Shown: one piece after another, positions 56,750-64,000 of the stretch
Layout of the letters: each line of letters begins with the position of its first letter
Position numbering within the stretch: the stretch's first letter is position 1
Assembly (NCBI GenBank): GCA_037129895.1
Contig: JBAXUB010000001.1
Location: forward strand, 18,947 to 82,946
Source: Candidatus Tayloriibacteriota bacterium
Lineage (GTDB): Bacteria; Patescibacteriota; Minisyncoccia; Phycocordibacterales; PALSA-1337
Direction of reading: 5' to 3'
DNA length: 64,000 nt
Position numbers and translations under genes: made by a program
The notes under the pieces: model-generated
What the model was told of the DNA's origin: nothing
Databases searched by the model: none
What the model saw: only the letters and a program-made list of their open reading frames with translations

Positions 56750-59173
56750 TTATTTTAACTCCCCCCAATTCTTGCCTACTGCGTATGAAGCCTTGAGTAC
56801 CACACCACTCACTTCTTTCGGATCAATGACGGACTCCATGATCTTTTGTATCTGTGGGGCAACTTTCTCTACAGCACTCTCTCGCATTTCATATACGAGT
56901 TCATCGTGAACTTGAAGTGTTAGGAAAACATCCTCCTGAAGGCCTTCTTTTTCAATATACCGATCAACCTCTGAGATCGCAAGCTTTATGACATCCGCCT
57001 CAGTTCCCTGTATCGGAGCGTTGATCGCCATACGCTCAGCTCCCGCACGAATATACGGAATTTTTGACTTTATACCCTGGAAATACCTGCGACGGCCAAA
57101 ATATGTCTCAGTGAAGCCCTTCTGTGCTGTCTCAGACTTTATCCTATCTAGATATTTTGCCAAACCAGAAAACGTCTCGAAGTATTGATTCAGATAATTC
57201 TGTGCCTCTTCACGAGTACTGCCCAGATTTTGTTTCAAAGCCAATACTCCCATTCCGTACATAATCCCAAAATTGATAACTTTTGCCTGACGTCGCATGT
57301 CTTTGGTAACTTTGTCCTGCGGAACTTTGAATACGAACGAAGCGACTGATGTGTGTACATCTTCTCCCCTATTGAATATACCGATGAGCTTCTCGTCTCC
57401 AGATAGGAATGCAGCTATACGCAATTCCATCTGAGAATAATCGAATGCACCTAGGAGGAAACCCTTTTCGGCAATGAATGCGTCACGAATCTTCTTTCCA
57501 TGGTCTGACTTTATGGGGATATTCTGCAAATTTGGATTCTGTGAAGCCATACGACCTGTCGTTGTGCCAGCAGGTATGAACTCCGCGTGTAATCGTCCAC
57601 CATCATCCAACAATGGCGGTATCGCATCTATATATGTAGAGAGAAGTTTTTGTAATTCCCTATATTCAAATATATTCGGAACGATAGGATGCAGATCTCT
57701 CAGTTTTTCAAGCTCTGACTCACGAGTGGATCTAGCCCCTCCAGCTGTTTTCTTCATATTCTTGGCTTCGAGTCCGAGTTTGTCGAACAAAACCTCACCG
57801 AGTTGTTTCGGCGAATTAATATTGAACTCCATACCCGCATCTTTCCATATCATTTCCTCCAATGAAGAAAGAGTTGCATGGTACTCCTTGGACAAGTTCT
57901 GCAATATTGCACGATCTATCTTTACTCCCTTTTCTTTCATTTTGTGCATGATGGGGATGAGTGGCAACTCTATCTTTTCATATAGATTTCTCAAACCTAG
58001 TTTATCTAGATCGTCGAAAATCTTTTTCTTGGCGGATTGAAAATCATCAACGTTGGCATAATTCATAATATCCTCTATCTTTGGATTGGTTATATCCGAA
58101 TTGATGAGCCACAAAGCAACTGCGGTTATCTCTAATTCACCTGCCGGGACGGCCTGGAATAATGCGGTCTGACTAGTTTGTACTTCCGTCTCATCCTGAA
58201 CTCTGTTTTGTGGTTTTGCCCCAGAAACGGCCTTTTCTAGTCTCTGCGTCAATGTCCTGAACTCCAATTCCGTCCATAGAGCATTGGCTTTCTTCACATC
58301 TAAAGCCTCCTTGAATGTCTTCTCTGGTAACTTGAACTCGATCGGTGCGTCTCGACGTATCGTTGCTAACATCTTACTGAATTCAGCTTCCTCTTTATTA
58401 TCCTTCAATAATTGAATGATCCGAGGCGTAATTCCCGCTTTCTTGAAGGCTTCCTCATGGCCAGCTTCCAGCTCTTTGTAAATATTCTCTATAGTACCGA
58501 AAGTGGTGATGAGAATCGTCGCTGTTTTTTCACCTATCCCCTTTACACCAACAATGTTGTCAGATGGGTCTCCACGCAAACCTTTGTAATCAGGTATAAG
58601 CAGCGGACCGAAACTGAACCGTTCCATCACAGCTTTCTCATCATAGATGATCGTATCCTTTATACCTTTCTTCAGTGTGTATACTTTCACATCTTCGCCT
58701 CTCACTAACTGCAACGTATCCATGTCTCCAGAGGCGATCACGACTTCTGTATTAGCGGACGAATCTTTCACTATTTGTTCCACAATCGTTCCTAACATAT
58801 CATCCGCCTCGAAGCCGGCCTTTTCATAAATTGGAATATTCATGGCACGATAAACATCATAAGACCTCTTTATTTGCATAATAAGGTCATCCTCAGTCTT
58901 TTGCCTGCCGGCTTTGTACTCCTTATATGCTTCATGTCTATAAGTTGGCGCGGCCATATCATAACAAGCAACCACATAATCAGGCTTCAGATCCTCAACG
59001 ATCTTGATGATCATAGTAGAGAGACCATACAGTGCCCCTGTTGGCTCACCTTTCGCAGTAGAAAAGTCAGGTAATGCATGATAGGCACGATGCAAAATAG
59101 CATGAGAATCTAACAATACTAGCCTTTTCTGCTTTTCTTCAATATTTTTTACCATATATTCGTATTGTAACAT
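56750..59173 (-). CDS. polA: DNA polymerase I (5'-3' exonuclease + polymerase domains)
   Basis: LVLLDSHAILHRAYHA (5' nuclease); RRQAKVINFGIMYGMG; LQVHDELVYE. Confidence 0.9.
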   Translation of the reverse strand: MLQYEYMVKNIEEKQKRLVLLDSHAILHRAYHALPDFSTAKGEPTGALYGLSTMIIKIVEDLKPDYVVACYDMAAPTYRHEAYKEYKAGRQKTEDDLIMQIKRSYDVYRAMNIPIYEKAGFEADDMLGTIVEQIVKDSSANTEVVIASGDMDTLQLVRGEDVKVYTLKKGIKDTIIYDEKAVMERFSFGPLLIPDYKGLRGDPSDNIVGVKGIGEKTATILITTFGTIENIYKELEAGHEEAFKKAGITPRIIQLLKDNKEEAEFSKMLATIRRDAPIEFKLPEKTFKEALDVKKANALWTELEFRTLTQRLEKAVSGAKPQNRVQDETEVQTSQTALFQAVPAGELEITAVALWLINSDITNPKIEDIMNYANVDDFQSAKKKIFDDLDKLGLRNLYEKIELPLIPIMHKMKEKGVKIDRAILQNLSKEYHATLSSLEEMIWKDAGMEFNINSPKQLGEVLFDKLGLEAKNMKKTAGGARSTRESELEKLRDLHPIVPNIFEYRELQKLLSTYIDAIPPLLDDGGRLHAEFIPAGTTTGRMASQNPNLQNIPIKSDHGKKIRDAFIAEKGFLLGAFDYSQMELRIAAFLSGDEKLIGIFNRGEDVHTSVASFVFKVPQDKVTKDMRRQAKVINFGIMYGMGVLALKQNLGSTREEAQNYLNQYFETFSGLAKYLDRIKSETAQKGFTETYFGRRRYFQGIKSKIPYIRAGAERMAINAPIQGTEADVIKLAISEVDRYIEKEGLQEDVFLTLQVHDELVYEMRESAVEKVAPQIQKIMESVIDPKEVSGVVLKASYAVGKNWGELK

Positions 59174-59221
59174 GTTATCCCCATAATATTTTAGTTACGC
59201 TACTTACTTGATGCTATAATC

Positions 59222-59590
59222 ATGAATGAAATGACTGATACTTTTTTCTCTACACAACTACTAGATGGTAAGCCTCCTCACAAAGAAAAACAACACCATC
59301 TGGCAGTACTATTCATAATAATCACTATAATCGGCATCTGTTTTGCCATATATTTGTCTTCTTACCTGCGCCCAGTAGAAATCCAAATTTCTGGCCCCAC
59401 TGATGCTGCCTTACAAGCCCAAATGCACGAGGCCATCATCGCACAACTAAATCAGCAATTACAAGCTCCAACTGCAACAGAACAAAGTGCTATCGATGCC
59501 CAACTCAGGAACAAGCCCAGTACAGCAACGCCCGAAGAACAGAATGCGATATCTAACCAACTTATTTCCGTGAGTGCTTCAGAAATTTAA
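59222..59590 (+). CDS. Hypothetical small membrane protein (Gln-rich)
   Basis: One TM (LAVLFIIITIIGICFAIYL). Confidence 0.4.
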   Translation: MNEMTDTFFSTQLLDGKPPHKEKQHHLAVLFIIITIIGICFAIYLSSYLRPVEIQISGPTDAALQAQMHEAIIAQLNQQLQAPTATEQSAIDAQLRNKPSTATPEEQNAISNQLISVSASEI

Positions 59591-59619
59591 TAAAATATTA
59601 ACCATTAATAAACATTACC

Positions 59620-60219
59620 ATGAACAAAACATCATTGATCAATCGCATCGTCACTGTAACAGGCCTAGCTCTCGGAGGATTCGCACTGTCTGTACTCGCC
59701 GCAACAACTTGGACAGCACCCTCCACACCTCCACCAGGAAATAATGTCGATGCCCCCATCAATGTTGGCGCCTCTACACAGAAGAAAGCTGGTGCTTTGG
59801 GTATAGGAAGTGGCACAATGCCTGGAGGAACCACAATTTTTGATGTTTTCGGTACTGCTGTGATCAATGCTCTACAAACAGCGAGTATCAATGTACAAGG
59901 AACCCCTGGAAGCCTCACGGTTTCTGGCCCTACAACACTGAATGGTCCGGTCAGGTTGACCAGTGGTGCATCGGCCAATGTTGGCAAGTATTTGCAAATG
60001 GCAGATGCTAGTGGAAATGTGACATGGGGTTCGCCGACATCAGGAACACCTGGTGCCGCACCAACAGTTACCGTAACAGCTGAAGCAACATATACCGTCG
60101 CCCCGAAAAAATTTAAGTGTCCTCCAGGACAAGTTATGACAGGTATTGCTTACCTAACCACAACGCCAGGCAACGTAACTGCTGTTTGCGACGAGCTGAG
60201 TGCGGTCGTAAGCTACTAA
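59620..60219 (+). CDS. Hypothetical secreted protein (signal peptide; Thr/Gly/Pro-rich)
   Basis: Signal ...LALGGFALSVLAATTW. No pilin-type N-terminal motif. Confidence 0.5.
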   Translation: MNKTSLINRIVTVTGLALGGFALSVLAATTWTAPSTPPPGNNVDAPINVGASTQKKAGALGIGSGTMPGGTTIFDVFGTAVINALQTASINVQGTPGSLTVSGPTTLNGPVRLTSGASANVGKYLQMADASGNVTWGSPTSGTPGAAPTVTVTAEATYTVAPKKFKCPPGQVMTGIAYLTTTPGNVTAVCDELSAVVSY

Positions 60220-60738
60220 CTAGACCTCCTTTATATTGTATTTATCATCAACAATCTCAAACCCCAACTCAATGAGTTCGGGGTTTTTGTTTCTATCTAT
60301 ACCAGCATTCTCCGGCCACTCAACGATGATGAGGTTGCCCGCGTCGGCAATTAACTGTTCCCAACCCAGCACCTCCAATTCCTCATATTTTTCTAAGCGA
60401 TAAGCATCGATGTGTACCAAACGTTTCCATGGATATGGGATGCTCTCAATGCTGGATTTTACAGTTGAATATCGTTTGTTGATGCCATACATCTTCATGA
60501 TGACGTACGTAGGACTGGTTATTTCACCCTGAACACCCAACACCTTCGCAATAGACTTCACAAATGCAGTCTTCCCCGCCCCGAGATGGCCGGATAGACC
60601 AACCAGTGTAGCCTCTCGCTCTAAACCACTATTCAGATTGATACTTCTAGAATTTTCCACGGAATTCGCCAGCCCAGATAACCATTCAGTTGCTATCTCC
60701 GTTGTTTGTTCCAGGGAATTAGATACATGTATCTTCAT
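60220..60738 (-). CDS. tsaE: tRNA t6A37 biosynthesis ATPase TsaE (YjeE)
   Basis: LVGLSGHLGAGKTAFVK P-loop and ...SPTYVIMKMY... . Confidence 0.8.
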   Translation of the reverse strand: MKIHVSNSLEQTTEIATEWLSGLANSVENSRSINLNSGLEREATLVGLSGHLGAGKTAFVKSIAKVLGVQGEITSPTYVIMKMYGINKRYSTVKSSIESIPYPWKRLVHIDAYRLEKYEELEVLGWEQLIADAGNLIIVEWPENAGIDRNKNPELIELGFEIVDDKYNIKEV

Positions 60739-60803
60739 GTGTCTACTATAGCAAATATTTATCCAGATTCGTATATTCGCATCGTTGTTGATATAATATC
60801 TAC

Positions 60804-62477
60804 ATGACATTGCAGTTTGACGAAGACAAACAAAATAGGAAAATATCAGACCTCCTACACAAAGAAGAGGAGGAGCTCGTGCAGATGTTAGCTGGAAAAT
60901 ATTCAGTTGAATATATCAACCTCCAAGCTACCCCTGTTAGCTCTGACGCCCTACGTCTCATAGAAGAAAAAACTGCCAGAGAGGCCCTACTCGCTGGATT
61001 CGCTCTCACGGACAAGAAGGTCAAGATTGCTGCCAGAAACCCTGAAGACCCGAAGGTTCTAGAAGTATTCGAAACACTCAAAACAAAAGGCTACATACCT
61101 GAATTATATATCTGTTCAACACTCAGTCTAGAAAAAGCATGGAAAACATACAAAGATATGTCATTCGCCTACGAGAGCAAAGCCGGCTCACTAGAAATAT
61201 CCAGCGAAGAGATCTCCGCTATCATAGACCAAGCAAAAAGTCTGCCAACGATCGTCTCTATTCTGGAAAATACCATGTCTGCCAACAAGAGTTACAGGGT
61301 TTCCAGAATACTCGAGACTGTAGTAGCGGGAGCACTGGCCATAGATGCTTCAGACATACACCTAGAGCCAGAGGAAAAGTATGTCCAACTCCGATATCGT
61401 CTAGATGGTGTGCTCCAAGAAGTTACGAGATTTGATACGGAGACATATGGACTCCTTCTCTCTAGGATCAAACTCATATCTGGGATGAAATTGAATATAA
61501 AGAAAGATTCCCAAGATGGTCGCTTCAGTATCCATCTAGCTATCGGTCAGATAGAAGTCCGTGTATCCATACTACCAGGCGCTTATAACGAATCAGTAGT
61601 TATGCGTATTTTGAATCCAAAGTCTATTAACGTCAGTCTGGAAGATCTGGGCATACATGAAAAATTGCTGGCCATCCTTCTCAAAGAAATGGACCGCCCA
61701 GACGGCATGATATTAACAACAGGACCGACAGGATCAGGTAAAACAACCACCCTGTACGCCTTTTTGAAGAAAATCCACAATACTCAAGTCAAGATCATCA
61801 CCATCGAAGACCCTATCGAATACCACCTCCCTGGAATCGTGCAGACACAGGTCAATGACAAGGGCTACAACTTCCTAGAAGGTCTACGAGCAGCAGTTAG
61901 ACAAGACCCTGACATCATCATGGTCGGTGAAATCCGAGACAACGAGACCGCTGACATTGCTATCAATTCTGCTCTAACTGGTCACTTGGTTTTCTCTACA
62001 TTACACACGAACGATGCCGCAGGTACATTCCCCCGTTTGATCGATCTAGGAGTAAATTCAAAAGTTATTACATCAGCGCTACGTGTGGCTATGGCTCAGA
62101 GACTTACACGAAGATTGTGCCAGTTCTGTAAAAAGGAAACTCTTCTCGAGGGCGACGAAAAAACACAGATCGAGGCAGTGATAAGTTCAATAGAGGACAA
62201 ATCTCTGATACCGGCTGAGAGATCAAAGATGTGGATAGCGGCTGGTTGCGAAAAATGTAACAAAACGGGTTATAAAGGTAGAATAGGTGTATATGAGGCA
62301 ATACTGACAGACCAAAAAGTTGAGGATGCTGTAGAAAGCAACCCCAGTGAACGTGAAATATGGAACGCGGCCAAAGGTCAAGGAATATTGACCATGAAAC
62401 AAGACGGTATCATCAAAATATTGAAAGGTATGACTTCTCTATCAGAACTGCAAAGGGTTATTTCTCTTGAGGATTGA
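60804..62477 (+). CDS. pilB: Type IV pilus assembly / type II secretion ATPase (PilB/GspE family)
   Basis: Walker A LTTGPTGSGKTTTL. Asp box, His box and a C-terminal tetracysteine motif CQFC...CEKC. Confidence 0.9.
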   Translation: MTLQFDEDKQNRKISDLLHKEEEELVQMLAGKYSVEYINLQATPVSSDALRLIEEKTAREALLAGFALTDKKVKIAARNPEDPKVLEVFETLKTKGYIPELYICSTLSLEKAWKTYKDMSFAYESKAGSLEISSEEISAIIDQAKSLPTIVSILENTMSANKSYRVSRILETVVAGALAIDASDIHLEPEEKYVQLRYRLDGVLQEVTRFDTETYGLLLSRIKLISGMKLNIKKDSQDGRFSIHLAIGQIEVRVSILPGAYNESVVMRILNPKSINVSLEDLGIHEKLLAILLKEMDRPDGMILTTGPTGSGKTTTLYAFLKKIHNTQVKIITIEDPIEYHLPGIVQTQVNDKGYNFLEGLRAAVRQDPDIIMVGEIRDNETADIAINSALTGHLVFSTLHTNDAAGTFPRLIDLGVNSKVITSALRVAMAQRLTRRLCQFCKKETLLEGDEKTQIEAVISSIEDKSLIPAERSKMWIAAGCEKCNKTGYKGRIGVYEAILTDQKVEDAVESNPSEREIWNAAKGQGILTMKQDGIIKILKGMTSLSELQRVISLED

Positions 62478-62606
62478 TAAAAAGTGTTATCCAATTCGTT
62501 ATCCACAAAAAAATCATTGCTTTTTCTACTACCCAGAGAGTAGTATGGCATTAGTGGTGAGTTCCAATAAATTTTGATTTCAAATACAGGAATCTCTAAG
62601 CAAAAT

Positions 62607-62669
62607 CTTGTCGCGTGATGCGATAAGCGAGGTAGAGTCCCGAGGATAATTACAGTAAACTACGACAAG
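62607..62669. ncRNA. Candidate structured RNA element in the 320-bp pilB-ruvB spacer
   Basis: Nested inverted repeats: CTTGTCG ... GTAG ... TCCcgaGGA ... CTAC GACAAG. Confidence 0.2.
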
Positions 62670-62798
62670 CGTAGCAACCAGAATGTCCTTAGCACTATAC
62701 CCAAACCTGGGAAGGCCCTTGCTTAGAGATTCTTGTCTTCGAAAGTGAAATCTAGCTAATTTAATGCTTCACCGATATCTTAGCATATACATAATCAA

Positions 62799-63809
62799 AT
62801 GTCAATAGCATCCAACAAAACTACACCTGCTGAGAAGGATTTGGGGTTTCTCGATCAAACTCTTAGGCCTTCACATTGGAATGAATACATCGGTCAGCAA
62901 AACATAAAGAACAATCTACATATACTCCTTACAGCTGCGAAAGAACGCGAACACCCTCCAGAACATATACTTTTCTATGGTCCACCAGGGCTAGGCAAGA
63001 CGACACTTGCACATCTCATCGCCAAGGAAACAGGTGCTCAGATGAGAGTTACTTCTGGACCAGCGATCCTCAAGGTTGGTGACCTAGCTTCAATTCTAAC
63101 CAATTTGTCTAATGGGGACATACTGTTTATAGATGAGATACACCGACTGAACAAAGCTATAGAAGAGATCCTCTACCCCGCTATGGAAACAGGTAAGCTA
63201 GATATCATCATCGGTAAAGGTCCATCTGCTCGAACTATACAATTGGACCTTCCGCCATTTACTTTGATAGCTGCGACAACTCGTATAGCGATGATCTCTG
63301 CGCCTCTCAGGTCTCGATTTTCTGGTGGTGTTTTCAAACTAGAATTTTATTCTGACCGAGAGATCGCTGATATAGTCAAACGATCATCGAAAATCCTAGG
63401 AACTGACATTGATGAAGATGCTGTGAGCGAAATCGCTACTCGTTCTAGATTCACACCACGTACTGCCAACTATCACCTAAAGAGGTGTCGTGATTATGCA
63501 CAGATAAACAAGACCAAGTTATCAAAGAGCATTGTTACCAAAGCATTGGAAATGCTAGGTGTAGACACGATCGGTCTAACAGCCGCTGATCGAGACATAA
63601 TCAAGGTGATCATAAACAAATTCAGCGGTGGTCCCGTTGGTTTGAATACTATTGCCGCTGCACTATCTGAAGAGCAGGCTACTATAGAAGAAGTCTATGA
63701 ACCTTACCTCATACAACTAGGTCTACTCGAACGTACCCCTCGCGGTAGGATTGCCACTGATAAAGCTTACGCGCACCTAGACATAAAAGGTGCAAATAAG
63801 TTGTTGTAA
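62799..63809 (+). CDS. ruvB: Holliday junction DNA helicase RuvB
   Basis: LFYGPPGLGKTTLAHLIA Walker A; sensor motifs; winged-helix C-terminus. Confidence 0.9.
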   Translation: MSIASNKTTPAEKDLGFLDQTLRPSHWNEYIGQQNIKNNLHILLTAAKEREHPPEHILFYGPPGLGKTTLAHLIAKETGAQMRVTSGPAILKVGDLASILTNLSNGDILFIDEIHRLNKAIEEILYPAMETGKLDIIIGKGPSARTIQLDLPPFTLIAATTRIAMISAPLRSRFSGGVFKLEFYSDREIADIVKRSSKILGTDIDEDAVSEIATRSRFTPRTANYHLKRCRDYAQINKTKLSKSIVTKALEMLGVDTIGLTAADRDIIKVIINKFSGGPVGLNTIAAALSEEQATIEEVYEPYLIQLGLLERTPRGRIATDKAYAHLDIKGANKLL

Positions 63810-63861
63810 GCTAGTTTGTATTTTCATCAATATTGGTATACATTAGTTATGTAATAATAAC

Positions 63862-64000
63862 AAAAAAACCATGTCAGGACACAATAAATTTTCGAAAATC
63901 AAACACTTGAAGGCCAAGAACGACGCACAAAAGAGCAAAAACTTCGGGAAACTGGTACGTCTGCTAACAGTAGAGTCAAAGAAAGCTCACGGAAATCTAA
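63862..64000 (+). CDS. yebC: YebC/PmpR-family transcriptional regulator (5' partial; runs off the window)
   Basis: MSGHNKFSKIKHLKAKNDAQKSKNFGKL resembles [28 protein letters not shown]. Confidence 0.75.

Overview
This 64-kb window reads as a low-GC (about 40%), gene-dense bacterial chromosome segment. The genes are short and closely packed, mostly housekeeping, and largely on the minus strand. The overall profile looks like a small-genome Patescibacteria/CPR-type organism: type IV pilus genes, free-standing LAGLIDADG endonucleases, and tRNAs that mostly do not encode CCA.

Recognisable content, in order:
- Four aminoacyl-tRNA synthetases (metG, glyQS, ileS, argS).
- Ribosomal proteins S6, L11, L19 and S20, with secE-nusG-rplK.
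- Recombination and repair genes recO, ruvX, ruvA, ruvB, fpg, polA and a holA-like gene.
- A pyrimidine/folate block: glyA, tmk, a dCMP-deaminase-family gene, a thyA-family gene, a Dcd/dUTPase-fold gene, DHFR and folD.
- Envelope genes: uppP, a polysaccharide deacetylase, a VKOR + DsbA pair, a Mur ligase and a cell-wall amidase.
- Type IV pilus genes pilM, pilN, pilO and pilB.
- Seven tRNA genes.

The observations that most deserve a second look:
1. The ThyA-family protein appears to carry Asp instead of the dUMP-specifying Asn, inside a kinase / deaminase / dUTPase-fold / DHFR cluster. This suggests a dCMP-modifying pathway, possibly 5-methyl- or 5-hydroxymethyl-dCMP.
2. A complete histidine-phosphatase (PGAM-like) domain is nested inside a zinc knuckle of IleRS.
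3. Two free-standing two-motif LAGLIDADG endonuclease genes each sit immediately 5' of a class II tRNA gene (Leu, Ser).
4. An orphan sigma-70 gene is flanked by a 63-bp direct duplication of the glyA 3' end.
5. A GC-rich island of four unrecognised genes lies next to tRNA-His, with a repeated intergenic terminator-plus-27-mer module.
6. tRNA-Arg(TCT) has a 38-bp duplication of its own 3' half, which looks like an att-type scar.
7. A paired AGGTCAGACCT palindrome sits inside a 31-bp perfect palindrome at the rplK 3' end.

I found no CRISPR array, no rRNA and no transposase. All calls come from reading the sequence and ORF translations by eye; no searches were run.
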